Positions 46,355 to 56,900 of a stretch of 64,000 nt of DNA are shown here, one piece after another. A program made the position numbers and the translations under genes. Positions within the stretch are counted from its first letter, which is position 1. Every line of letters starts with the position of its first letter. Under the pieces are notes generated by a model. The model worked only from the letters and a program-made list of their open reading frames with translations, did no database searches and was not told where the DNA came from. Source of the DNA: a virus (lineage: Duplodnaviria; Caudoviricetes); the IMG/VR virus record IMGVR_UViG_2671180073_000002, positions 1,356 through 65,355 of that record. One strand, given 5' to 3'.

Positions 46355-47938
46355 ATGGCAATAGATCTCGGATCGAGTAATACAACTCGATACCACTCAT
46401 TAGCGGATCACGCCGATTTCTCGCTCCCGAATGCCGATTGGACTTGGTTAGCGCTGGTATATCCAGAAAGTACGGCTGATATAAAATACCTAATTTCCAC
46501 AGGACTGTACGGAAATCCAGCGAGCTTCAATCTATTTGTCTACAACACTGCCGCAGGTAAGGGGGCTGGGCTAAAGGTTGAAAGTGGGTATCCAGAACTA
46601 GCCACGACAACCCCGGTTGCGCATGACAAATGGAATTGGCTGTATGCCACCAGGCGGTCTGGGCAAATGTATGTGGGGCAGATTGGCTTGGGGGATTCGT
46701 CCGCGATAGAGTCCACTGGAACGGCGAACTTCGGCTCTTCTGATTCGTCTGTTGGCCCCTATATCGGCTCGCGTTCTGATTTAACAGCAAATCGGATGTG
46801 GAAAGGTCGCTGGGGGCAGGTATCATTTATCTCAGGGTCGGGACTAACGGCAGCGCAAGCTGTTGAACTTGCCAACGGGGCGCCCATTCTCGGAATGCAT
46901 TTCGCGCCGAATATCAAGTTCTTGCTCCACGGTAGAACGGCGAGTGCGACGGCGATAATAGACATCGTAGGCGGCAAAACTGCGACCCGCTTTGGCACAA
47001 CCTACGGCACAAACGAAGAAGATACGCAGACTCCGTATATCTGGGCCCCGCAATACATAAGAAGTATCGCAAGCGCAGGCGCGGCGGTAACTGGCACGGT
47101 AGCCTATACCAACGTTAACGACACATCTTCAGCATCAGGCACAACGACTATCACCGGATCCGTCGCAGCAACCAACGCTAACGATACATCGGCGGCATAC
47201 GGCACGACCACAGTTACCGGCAGTTCGGCCACCACAAACGCAAACGACACCGTATCCGCCACAGGCTCACCGGTTATCGTCGGAACGTCTGCCACGACCA
47301 ATGCCAATGACGCCTGCTCGGCAAGCGGCGTAGTTGGCTCAGCCGTAACTGGCTCAGTCGCCTACACCAACATTGATGATACAGCGTCGGCTTCAGGCAC
47401 GACAACTGTAACGGGATCGGTAGCCGCATCGAACGCAAACGATACCAGCAGCGCGAGCGGCACAACGACCGTCGTTGGCTTTTCCGCTACCACAAATGCA
47501 GATGATATTTGCGCCGCAACTGGCACGGTAGAAGCGACCGCAATTGTTGGTACGGTAGCCTACGTCAACATTGACGACATAGCGAATGCCAGTGGCACGA
47601 CAACTGTCGTCGGTTCGTCCTTCACAACCAACACCAATGACGCGGTATCCGCATACGGGCTTGTCAACAACGGCACGATAGTCGAAGCCGCCCTAACCAC
47701 CGGCATCACCTCAACCGACAAGATAAAAAAACCCGGCATCCCGGTAGACGCACCGGCCTGGCTCAAAACCTTCCTTGAAACCATCGCTGGCCGCCGCGGA
47801 AACAAGATTACGCCACCTGCATTTCAAGATTTACAGTTCTCTGCAACGCCCACGAAAGCCGAATGCGAGGCGCTTTATCAGTACGTCAACCAAGTCCGGA
47901 CTTCGGTTCAGGACATTCTAACGAGGCTGGATAGCTAA
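46355..47938 (+). CDS. LamG/ConA-like domain + Thr/Ala repeat stalk + short helical C-terminal domain
   Basis: WTW..W..YIGSR..WKG lectin-like pattern; 9 repeats; PTKAECEAL tail. Confidence 0.7.
   Translation: MAIDLGSSNTTRYHSLADHADFSLPNADWTWLALVYPESTADIKYLISTGLYGNPASFNLFVYNTAAGKGAGLKVESGYPELATTTPVAHDKWNWLYATRRSGQMYVGQIGLGDSSAIESTGTANFGSSDSSVGPYIGSRSDLTANRMWKGRWGQVSFISGSGLTAAQAVELANGAPILGMHFAPNIKFLLHGRTASATAIIDIVGGKTATRFGTTYGTNEEDTQTPYIWAPQYIRSIASAGAAVTGTVAYTNVNDTSSASGTTTITGSVAATNANDTSAAYGTTTVTGSSATTNANDTVSATGSPVIVGTSATTNANDACSASGVVGSAVTGSVAYTNIDDTASASGTTTVTGSVAASNANDTSSASGTTTVVGFSATTNADDICAATGTVEATAIVGTVAYVNIDDIANASGTTTVVGSSFTTNTNDAVSAYGLVNNGTIVEAALTTGITSTDKIKKPGIPVDAPAWLKTFLETIAGRRGNKITPPAFQDLQFSATPTKAECEALYQYVNQVRTSVQDILTRLDS
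47087..47665 (+). repeat. Nine ~21-aa tandem coding repeats
   Basis: Consensus VTGSVAxTNxNDTxSASGTTT. Confidence 0.9.
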
Positions 47939-48531
47939 TGGATCTTGTGTCACTTTTAAAAGCTCATGTTGGGCAGACTCTCACGCCTGAGTTGGCCGCT
48001 GATATTTGCATGGTTGCAAACCAGATTCCTTCCCTTATTCCCTTCGATGTTATCGAGCGGATCAAGCCTGCCGAGTACCGGGAATTCACCTTTGCCGTAG
48101 AGCGGATCGAGGATATTGCGGATGAGATCAAGCCTTTGCATAAATGTCATTGGGATGAGACTGAAGCGCACCGGCATGGGCTACCTTTCAACCCGGATTA
48201 TGAAACCTTTTTTAGGTATGAACGCGCTGGGCGCTACATTCTTTTCACGCTGAGAAAGGATGGGGAATTGCTGGGCGACTGCGCCATGTATCTGGATAAG
48301 AGCGCACATACCCAAACTCTCATCGCTACTGAGGACACGCTGTATTTGTTGCCCGAAGCCCGCCGAGGTAGGGCGGCAATCAAGTTTGTTGCTTACGTGG
48401 AAAGCGCTTTGAAACAGTTGGGAGCACGTGAAATCAATATTACCGTCAAGACCGTGAATACAGCGGGCCGGTTCTTTCAAGCGCTTGGGTATTCACACGT
48501 GGAAAACGGATTGATGAAAGTGCTGGATTAA
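47938..48531 (+). CDS. GNAT acetyltransferase
   Basis: LYLLPEARRGR; FFQALGY. Confidence 0.85.
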   Translation: MDLVSLLKAHVGQTLTPELAADICMVANQIPSLIPFDVIERIKPAEYREFTFAVERIEDIADEIKPLHKCHWDETEAHRHGLPFNPDYETFFRYERAGRYILFTLRKDGELLGDCAMYLDKSAHTQTLIATEDTLYLLPEARRGRAAIKFVAYVESALKQLGAREINITVKTVNTAGRFFQALGYSHVENGLMKVLD

Positions 48532-48594
48532 ACGTACCGAGTCTGAAAGCACGAGGCCGCTCAATGAAGCGGCTTTTTTTATTTCCGAAAATCA

Positions 48595-48623
48595 TTGACA
48601 TAAGGAATGCAAATATGTATTGT
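48595..48623 (+). promoter_or_regulatory. Sigma70 promoter of the c4/antirepressor operon
   Basis: TTGACA-17-TATTGT. Confidence 0.8.
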
Positions 48624-48728
48624 TCACTTGCCGCTGAACATTCAGCGGTCGAGATTGACGTCTCGGAAACAGGGCGGGCGACCGCTGGAAAGCGGTTTTT
48701 TTACGCCTGTAGCATGGCTACCCCTTTA

Positions 48729-48804
48729 TGGGCGGGTCGTGTGGGGAGCAGAAATGCTCACCGGTTCCCTTGTTCCGGCACGTCAACCCATGCGATTCCG
48801 CCCA
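48729..48804 (+). ncRNA. C4-type antisense RNA
   Basis: Cloverleaf TGGGCGG/CCGCCCA with GAGCA-GAAA-TGCTC arm; loops CCCTTGTT and ACGTCAA complementary to flanking targets. Confidence 0.85.
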
Positions 48805-48857
48805 CCCGATTGACGTCGGGAGCGGAAAACTCAAACCGCTTAACAAGGAGTTTCACC

Positions 48858-49151
48858 ATGTCCAAATCCAAAGGCGCAACCGCGCCAGCCGTAAAACCTG
48901 CCCTGAAACTCGCCACACCTAGTTTAAAACTAGCCTCCACACTAGCGCCCAAATCGGATTATGTCGATTCGATGCGAGAGCTGCTGCGCCGAGCTGAGCG
49001 CGGAGAGAATATTGGCCTCGCTTATGTCGAAATAAACAGCAACAAGACGTTTAGTACAGAGGCTATAGGAATAGCGGGAAAATCCACGTTGTCCTGTTTG
49101 GGCATGATTGAAACGCTTAAGGCCAAATTACTGAAAAAGGTGCTGGCATGA
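48858..49151 (+). CDS. icd-position protein upstream of the antirepressor
   Basis: AAGGAG RBS overlaps the c4 target; ATGA-coupled to ant. Confidence 0.75.
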   Translation: MSKSKGATAPAVKPALKLATPSLKLASTLAPKSDYVDSMRELLRRAERGENIGLAYVEINSNKTFSTEAIGIAGKSTLSCLGMIETLKAKLLKKVLA

Positions 49152-49912
49152 ACGAACTCATTAAAGTTGAAGGACGTTCCGACGTCACAATGTCCAGTCT
49201 TGAGCTTGTGGAATTCATCAACGGCCAGCGTAAGCCGGAAGAAGCTGAATTGCGGCATGCGGATTTCTTGGTGAAGGTTCCTAAAGTCCTTGGAAAAGAT
49301 GAACGAAATTTTTCGTCCATCTATTTTGACAGCCTGAATCGTGAGAAGCCCTGCTATCGCTTCCTTAAGCGCGAGGCTTGCCTGATGGCCATGTCCTACA
49401 GCTACGACTTACAGGCCAAAGTATTCGACCGGATGACTGAGCTTGAGCAGAAAACCGCGAATGCGCCATCGCTGCCAGACTTCACTAAGCCCGCAGTAGC
49501 TGCAAGAGCCTGGGCGGAGCAGTACGAAGCCCGAGAAGTTGCCGTGGCTCAATTGGAAGCCGCCAAGCCCGCCCTCGATTTTGTAGAACGATACGTTGAC
49601 GCAAGAACAAGCCAGTGCATTACAGACGTTGCCAAGATCATCGGATGGAGGCCTCGTGCATTTACGAAGCAGCTTGAGCAGGATGGCGTGATCTTCATGC
49701 GCGGGGTCTGGCTACCGTACCAAGAGCACATTAATGCCGGCAGGTTTGAAGTAAAGACCGGGGAAAATGACGGCTTCGGATTCCGCCAGACGAGGGTAAC
49801 GCCAAAAGGCATCACCTGGCTCGCGGAGAAATACGGGAAAGATGAAATGCCAGAGGTCAGCGGCGCCGCTCTAAAGAAGCCAAGATCAACGAGCGCATCG
49901 AAACACAACTAA
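49148..49912 (+). CDS. ant: Antirepressor (Rha-like N-terminus + KilAC/ANT C-terminus)
   Basis: TMSSLEL, LPDFTKPAVAARAWAEQ, PYQ..GRFEVK, VTPKG. Confidence 0.9.
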   Translation: MNELIKVEGRSDVTMSSLELVEFINGQRKPEEAELRHADFLVKVPKVLGKDERNFSSIYFDSLNREKPCYRFLKREACLMAMSYSYDLQAKVFDRMTELEQKTANAPSLPDFTKPAVAARAWAEQYEAREVAVAQLEAAKPALDFVERYVDARTSQCITDVAKIIGWRPRAFTKQLEQDGVIFMRGVWLPYQEHINAGRFEVKTGENDGFGFRQTRVTPKGITWLAEKYGKDEMPEVSGAALKKPRSTSASKHN

Positions 49913-49975
49913 GGTTTAAGTTGCCTCCCTGTTGGGTCTGATAGAATACACAGACTCAACAGCGGGGGCTTTGCT

Positions 49976-50500
49976 ATGCGGCGCTTATTGGTTTGTGTGG
50001 GGGCGCTAAGTGTGTTCTTGCTTACGGGGTTTAATTTGTGGGGGCCTAGTTCCTTTGAGGAATGTCGCGATCAGGCTGCCAGAGAAGCAAAAACAGAAGC
50101 AGGAATGGGCATTCTTATAAGAAGCTGCCGCAAGCAATTTCCTAAGTTATCTGAACTTAAGGGTGAATGGGCGCGATTTGCGAGAGTTGCCAAAAATTAT
50201 AGATATGATCGCTCCATTCCTGCGGCACGCTCAGAGCCAACTAACCGAACAGGAAAAGACTACGGAGAGTTCTTTGCGGATAAATATGGTGGCAAGAGTG
50301 GGAGTTCGCTTGGTGACTACATAGAAGATATGTTTCCGTCGCACCAAACGGCTGAAGGTAGGGCCGAACTTCTTGCGTCAAAAAAATTCATGAATTGGTT
50401 TATCGGCCAACCGGATTATCTTAAAGCATTGGTTGTTTCGCCTATGCTTCAGGCGAACGAAGATAAGATATTTGAGGCTTATGGAGCCACGATATATTGA
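49976..50500 (+). CDS. Exported moron protein carrying an ejection-protein motif
   Basis: Hydrophobic N-terminus; own TGaTAGAAT promoter; DYGEFFADKYGG. Confidence 0.75.
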   Translation: MRRLLVCVGALSVFLLTGFNLWGPSSFEECRDQAAREAKTEAGMGILIRSCRKQFPKLSELKGEWARFARVAKNYRYDRSIPAARSEPTNRTGKDYGEFFADKYGGKSGSSLGDYIEDMFPSHQTAEGRAELLASKKFMNWFIGQPDYLKALVVSPMLQANEDKIFEAYGATIY

Positions 50501-50612
50501 GTGAAAGAGCCCCAGTCAGCAGGAGTGGACGTACTTCAGTCCAATGGAGTTGGATTGCAGAGAAACCTTATAATTCCTGTCCTGCGCAGAATTTAACCAA
50601 AGGAGGAGAAGA

Positions 50613-50891
50613 ATGGGAAATATCATTGCAATCGCCGCGGTGGCTGTAGCGCTCGCGCTACCTGTTGCATCAAGCGCGCAATCTTATGGGAATAACTACG
50701 GGTTTGATCCGAGCATTCAGCGGCGAACACAAGAGATGCAGCAGCAGCAAATGCAGCAAATGGAAGCGCAGCGCATGCATCAAGATCGAATGATGCAGCA
50801 ACAGCAAATGCAGCAATCCATAGATCAAACGCGCCAGCAGCAACATTGGGACAGCATGAATAACAACGTTTCAAGGCCGTACCGATACTGA
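50613..50891 (+). CDS. Small exported Gln/Met-rich protein
   Basis: AGGAGG RBS; signal peptide ending in ASSA; terminator at 50909-50932. Confidence 0.7.
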   Translation: MGNIIAIAAVAVALALPVASSAQSYGNNYGFDPSIQRRTQEMQQQQMQQMEAQRMHQDRMMQQQQMQQSIDQTRQQQHWDSMNNNVSRPYRY

Positions 50892-50956
50892 ACTCGCAAA
50901 AAACCACCAAGCCGCCACTAGCGGCTTTTTTTATGCCTAAAAAAGGAGAAATAGTT

Positions 50957-52147
50957 ATGTGTAGTTCGAAGCCACCGAAGGCCGATCCACTTGTGGGGCA
51001 GTCCGCAATGGCAAACGCAGAAATATCGAAAGAAATGGCGGGAGTTGCGCGGGACACTTTAGCTTGGAATAAAGACCGTGCGGCGCAACAAGATCCATTA
51101 ATAGAGAAAGTGGTGCAGCAGCAGATCGACTCTGCGGACACGAACGCGGCGCGCGCTGAAAGTCAGTGGAATATATACAAAAACCTCTTCGCTCCCATCG
51201 AAGAGAAAATGGTGGACGATGCTAACAATTGGGACTCACCGGAGCGGCAGGAACGCATGGCCAGTCAAGCGGCTGGAGATGTGAGGAAGAGCTACCAAGG
51301 TGCGCTCGACTCAAACCAGCGCGGAATGGAGCGGATGGGGATCAATCCCAATTCTGGCCGATTCCAAGCGATACAAAATGAAACTAACCTTGGTTTGGCA
51401 AGGGATGCAGCGGGCGCGATGAACGGCGCACGGCGCGCCACTGAACAGCAGGGGGTGGCACTACGTACCGGCGCAGCGCAGTTCGGGAGGAATATGCCAA
51501 ATACGGGAATTGCTGCGGACTCGCTCGCTCTGAACGGCGGAAACTCTGCCGTTGGAAATATGGCCGCTGGCGCGAATATAAACAATGCCGGCACCAATGC
51601 TGCGGTGAATTGGTTTGGAGGCGCCCAAGCAGGGAATAATTCAGCGGGCGGATTGATGAATAACCTGTATGGAAATCAACTGAACGCCTGGAGCCAGGAC
51701 CAGCAGATGAAGGCTCAATCAATGGCGGGAATAGGAAGTCTGCTCGGAACCGCCGGCGGTGCGGCGGCCATGATGTTGCGCAAGGGCGGCGTGATCAAAA
51801 ACAACTCAGCGCACGGCTTGTCCGGGAAACCGCTCTCCAGACCAAACGCCTCTTCTGGCGGATTGGGCATGCTGAGGCGCAGTGGGTACGCAGAAGGCGG
51901 CATGATCGAGGGGCCGGGTACCGGGACAAGCGATTCCATTCCGGCAAGTATCGAAGGCGTTCAGCCTATCCGCTTATCGAATGGTGAGGCGGTGCTGAAC
52001 AAGGAAGCCGTGGGGTTGATCGGAGAAGATGCGGTGCATCGACTTAACGCTGGCGGCCTGATGATGCTGGAAAAAAGCAAGGGCAGGGCGGCGGGGCGGG
52101 GCGCGGGTGGGTCCAGGGGCGGGCTGTCAATGTTGGCTAAACACTAA
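50957..52147 (+). CDS. DNA ejection/internal virion protein
   Basis: MCSSKPPKADP; GINPNSGRF; GPGTGTSDSIPA..LSNGE. Confidence 0.75.
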   Translation: MCSSKPPKADPLVGQSAMANAEISKEMAGVARDTLAWNKDRAAQQDPLIEKVVQQQIDSADTNAARAESQWNIYKNLFAPIEEKMVDDANNWDSPERQERMASQAAGDVRKSYQGALDSNQRGMERMGINPNSGRFQAIQNETNLGLARDAAGAMNGARRATEQQGVALRTGAAQFGRNMPNTGIAADSLALNGGNSAVGNMAAGANINNAGTNAAVNWFGGAQAGNNSAGGLMNNLYGNQLNAWSQDQQMKAQSMAGIGSLLGTAGGAAAMMLRKGGVIKNNSAHGLSGKPLSRPNASSGGLGMLRRSGYAEGGMIEGPGTGTSDSIPASIEGVQPIRLSNGEAVLNKEAVGLIGEDAVHRLNAGGLMMLEKSKGRAAGRGAGGSRGGLSMLAKH

Positions 52148-52160
52148 AGGGGAATAAACC

Positions 52161-53900
52161 ATGAATTTTGGCGCATTAGCAGGTGGAATGGCAAACGGAC
52201 TGGCGAGCGGGCTCCAGATTGGGCGGAATATCAAACACCAAGGCGGTTTGATGGATTTGGAGAATAAAAGATATGAATTAGATAAGGAGAAATTTCAGTT
52301 CGATAAGGACAAGATAAAGAACGGATGGCAAATGGTTGGCGATCTGCTCACTCCGGCAGGAGGGGGGGCGGCGCTTCAATTCAAGACGGACGGAAGCGGG
52401 CAGATAGCTGACCCGCAGCAGTCATCGGCTCTACTTCCGCCAGAGCAGCGCCCAGATTATGGAATTAGAGGTTTCGCCAGTGGCGGGCTGGCAATGCTGG
52501 ACTCAAGGTATGTCAATGGCGGAATATTCAAAAACGCGAATATGGGGGGCGGGCTTTCATCGTCCAAGCCTAAGGGGTTTGCTGAAGGAGGTGTGGCAAG
52601 AATACCAGATGCGGCTTTTGCGCAAGCGGGGCTAGGAACTCCCAGGCAGATGCAGTCGCTTAACAGCGAGCAGCCGTCAAGCATGAGCCTAGGGGATTTT
52701 GACCGCCAGCAAAAGGCACAGCGCCAGCAGCTACAACAAAGCCAGCAGGCTCAAGAGCCAGAACAACTCAGCCCGCAGAAAAAACTGATGAAGGCGATGG
52801 TAAGTGGCACGCTTGATGCCGACAAGTTAGACCAGATCAGCATGGTCTTTCATCAAATGGGTATCGGCAAAGAAATGACGCCGTGGCTGGAGCGTGCTTA
52901 CTCAGCGAAAAAGAGCGGCTTGGCGGATGGCGTTATGCATTTGATGCGCGGGCAAGTGGACGAAGCCATCCCTTTTTTGAAGAGGGGCGGCATAGAGTTG
53001 GCAGATCGCCCTACAAGAATAGATGGCAATAAGTGGAAGATAAATATTGCTGGCGTGGGTGAGCAAGAAATGGACCTGGGAGACCTGTTGCAAACGACCT
53101 TTGACCCTGAGAAATACCTCGAACACCAACTGAAGCGGAATGAATCAGAGGGGCGAAGGGGTGTATCTGATGCTCAGGTTCGGAACTATGATGCCAGTGC
53201 GCGCGACAATGACGCGAGCGCATTAAAGAATAGGGCGATGGGCGCTTACTACTTGGGAGCAAAAACCAATGAAGCCGCGGCGCGGGCAGGTCGTTATGAT
53301 CGCATGGGCGTTGGTAGCGACAAACCGGAAAAAATAGACGCTGCAATCAAGCGCAGAGATTCCGCGTTGGACGCGCTAAGTTCTGTTACGGGCGATGATG
53401 GAAAGCCGTTCGTTGACCCACAGAAACGCATGACATATTCAAGCCTTTCGGTTGATGCCGAACAAGCAGTATCGGATATGCTCGGCGGCCGCGACTTAAC
53501 GGCACGAGAGCAACATGCGCTAACTGACATGATACGCACCGCTCCGCTTGGTAATGGACCGGCGATGAGCCAATGGGCAAAGCAGTTGCAACAGCGCTTC
53601 GGCGGCGGCAAACCGACGGCAAAACCTCAGGGCAGACTTGATACGCCTCGACCGGCACCGCAAGCCAACGCCGCGCCGCTTGGGGAATCAAGGGAGTCTC
53701 CGGCAGTGAATCCAAGTCCCGGCGGGATTGCGCAACGCCGCACCCCACAGCAAGAGCAGATTCACCAAGCAAGGTTTAACCCCATGGATCAACTTCGATT
53801 GAAAGAATTGCATCACGAGGTTACCGCGTCGAACCTTACGCCAAGCGACAGAGAAAAACTTGAGGCTGAGATTCAAGCCATTGTGGCGAGGAACGCTTAG
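52161..53900 (+). CDS. DNA ejection/internal virion protein
   Basis: FGALAGG N-terminus; position. Confidence 0.7.
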   Translation: MNFGALAGGMANGLASGLQIGRNIKHQGGLMDLENKRYELDKEKFQFDKDKIKNGWQMVGDLLTPAGGGAALQFKTDGSGQIADPQQSSALLPPEQRPDYGIRGFASGGLAMLDSRYVNGGIFKNANMGGGLSSSKPKGFAEGGVARIPDAAFAQAGLGTPRQMQSLNSEQPSSMSLGDFDRQQKAQRQQLQQSQQAQEPEQLSPQKKLMKAMVSGTLDADKLDQISMVFHQMGIGKEMTPWLERAYSAKKSGLADGVMHLMRGQVDEAIPFLKRGGIELADRPTRIDGNKWKINIAGVGEQEMDLGDLLQTTFDPEKYLEHQLKRNESEGRRGVSDAQVRNYDASARDNDASALKNRAMGAYYLGAKTNEAAARAGRYDRMGVGSDKPEKIDAAIKRRDSALDALSSVTGDDGKPFVDPQKRMTYSSLSVDAEQAVSDMLGGRDLTAREQHALTDMIRTAPLGNGPAMSQWAKQLQQRFGGGKPTAKPQGRLDTPRPAPQANAAPLGESRESPAVNPSPGGIAQRRTPQQEQIHQARFNPMDQLRLKELHHEVTASNLTPSDREKLEAEIQAIVARNA

Positions 53901-53938
53901 ATTGAGATCAAGCGTTTAGTAGATAAAAGGATAATGAT

Positions 53939-56900
53939 ATGCCAGAAGGTTTAGACGAGTTCAGCAATCTGTTTGCTAAAAAGTACGGTGGCGCTGGAAA
54001 TTCCGCTATCAGAACCGAAGATGAAACCGCCGACCTGGGCGGTTTTTTTTCGTCCAAGTATGGAGCGCCTGCTGAACCCGAGAAACCGGCCATACCCAAT
54101 GAACAAGGCGGTTTTATCGCCTCTGCCAAGCGTGCAGCCGGCGCTGGCATCAAAGGCGCTGGCCAAGCCGCGGCCGACTTCATCCCCGGAGTCGGCCAAG
54201 ATAACGCTCTCAAGCGCGCTGGGCAGGGAATCATCGACGCCAATCCCACGGCAGTAAATAGCCTTGAGGATATTGCCGACAAGCCCGGTACCGCCGTGGC
54301 TGAAGCAACAGGCAATGCCGCCTCATCGATGGCCGGTATTGTCGGGGCAAGGGCAGTAGGGCAGGGCATCACCGCATTATCTCCATTGGCCGGTCCCGCT
54401 GCGCCACTGGTTGCCGCTGCCGGACAGGTTGTGTCATGGCTTGGACCTGCCGCTATTGCCGCTCTGCCTTCCTTTGGTGGAATCCGTGACAAGCAGATTC
54501 TGGCTGATCCAGACAATCAGGATTCAGCTAAATCCAAGGCCGTTGCTGCGCTGGGCGCTGCAACCGTAGGCGCTATCGAATCCCGCTTTGGTCCGCAGAA
54601 TTGGGCACTTGCTGCGATGACGAAAGAGGGCAGGGCGAAGCTGGCTGAGAAGTTTGCGGCTACCACGCTGAAGGGATCGATCGGCAAAGGGATAGTGAAG
54701 GGTGCCGCAATCGAAGGCGCTGAAGAGCTTGTTCAGAATCCCGTTGAGCAACTTGCCTCATTCGAAAACCCGACTACGCCAGAGAATATAGATGAAACGC
54801 TGTTCGGTGGCGCCATGGGTGCTATTGGCGGCGGGGTTCTTGGCGGTGGAACGGGCGCGGTATTTCGCCGACAGGAAAATGCTGAGCACGTTAAAACAAT
54901 CCTCGGCAAACCAGTAACCGAAGTCTCCGATGGCGTCCTAAAATACACCTCGAACCGTGGCGGCGAACGCGCGAAGGCTGCGGCTCAAACTGAATTGAAT
55001 CGTCGCGCGACTGAAGGCGTTGATCCTTCCGTTGCGGATGCCCCAGAATCAGCCAGCGAAGCCGTAGACCGCATCATTTCTACCGGACGGGATAAGGCAG
55101 ACGAAATACGGGAAACGCGGCAGGCGGCTTCTGATGCGATTCAGGATGGCGTGTTTGATGAGCCAAGCCATGTTAACGACGCCATTAATATGGTTGATGC
55201 CCCCACTCCCGAGCGCATCGAAACGCTCAACGCGCAAATGGATGCCCTCGCAGAAGGCCGTAAGCCTGGCGTGTTGCTGACACCCGGCGAACCTATGCCG
55301 CATTCCCTGCCTGAAGGCGTTCAAGCCGCCGAGATACCGGGCCGGGGCACTCTTCTGTATCGCGATGACGCTACGCTACAAGCCGCCCTCGATAACCGCA
55401 TGGGCGAGGCGCTGGGCTATGGCATCGATGAGAAGCCGGGAACGGATCAGGTTGTCACTGCGCGGGACGCGAACGGCACCGTGATCCAGGACGTGGCTAC
55501 CGATGGAAGGCCGGAAGTGGAGCAGGCTGCGGCTGGCGTGGCGGGGGAGCATGGATCCGTTGAGGTCAGGCCGGTTGGTGAGGCGATGGCTGAGCGGGCG
55601 GCTAATTCCCGAGAATTCGATGGAATTAAAACCCAGGCCGATGTCGTGATTCCGACATCGAATAAAAATCAATCAGTTACGACCGATACGGGAATCCCCG
55701 TAACGCAAGCCATCGGTCCTGCAAGGGAAACCCGCCCCACGCAACAACCTTCTATCGAAGATAAATCACGTGAGGCGCAATCTCCCGCAGGGAATGAAAG
55801 CGTATCAGAGGAAGCCGGAGCTGTACAGCCTGCAAAGAAGGCTCTAAAGCCTAAGAAGAAGGAAATTAGAGCAAACCTGGAAGATCATTTCCGGCCCGGC
55901 AATATCATCAGAAATAGTTATTGGAGAAATCATGAGCGGGTCTTATCGTTCAATCAGAGCGACAATAACTGGTCTGTTACTGTCCAAACAGTAAAAAAGG
56001 ATGCCGCCGGAAATTGGGTAAACACTGAGGCACCGCGTACGCATAGAACGTTTCCCTCGTTCGATAAAGATATTGTGGTTGAGCGTCATCCAGTGATTCA
56101 TCCAGAACCGGGAAGTGCAGATTCTTCTAGCGAAATAAATGCGCAAGAATCACATCCTATTCGCGCCCATCTGGAATCGTTAATCAAACGCCGCGCCCCT
56201 GCAAAACAGGGCGGGAAAGACTTGTCCAAAGCAATTGAGCGCGCCAAAGAAGTAATGGAAGGTAAGCGGGAGGCATCAACTGTCGAGCATAGATATTTCC
56301 GCCTGCACGCCAAGGCGTTCGAGAAGGCTGATATGGAATCAGCTAAGATTTTGCGGAAGATTGCGGAGGCGGTGAAGCCGAAGGCGCTTGAGACTCAGGC
56401 CGCCAGTTCGTCATTTGAACGCTTCGCCGCACTCGGGCATGAGATTGGGACTGCAAAGCAAGCGCTGGCCGATGCAGAAGAAATAACCGGGCTGCGCCTT
56501 GGGCTGCAAATTGCTTATGTGAAACTCAGGGCTGGCAACCCGGCTCGATTTGTGCCAGAAAGTCGTACGCTGGAGGTTTCGAGGGACTGGAAATACCCAA
56601 GGTCTGAGGGCGCCCAGTATCTGGCAGAAGAGCTATTCCATGCCGTTGATGTCTTGTCGGGCGACCGGACGCTGAGCGCATCCAGTAAACGACTGGATTT
56701 AAAGACTGGCGATATAGCTCAGGAGGTCATTAGCCATTACGACGATAAAAGCGCTTATACGGAATTTCTATCTTACCCTCTTGGCGACAACAGTTTGTCC
56801 GACTCGGTTAAAAAAGCTGAACTTTTTGCGCGGCTTGCTGTACTATATTTCGGTGAGCCTGCAAGGATGCAGCGCTATTTGCCAACAGCTTATGGAGCAT

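Noticed and set aside
38574-47938. Diversity-generating retroelement targeting tail genes
   Set aside because: No reverse transcriptase ORF and no adenine-specific TR/VR pair seen. The scaffold duplication differs at all base types.
48564-48857. Ash-like N-terminal extension of ORF 48564..49151
   Set aside because: It spans the promoter, terminator and C4 RNA. The ATG at 48858 with an AAGGAG RBS is the better start.
49938-49953. LexA box (CTG-N10-CAG) over the moron promoter
   Set aside because: Imperfect match that is explained by a larger inverted repeat; host LexA status unknown.
50720-50850. CAG-rich tract as a DNA repeat element
   Set aside because: Explained by the Gln/Met-rich coding sequence of a small exported protein.
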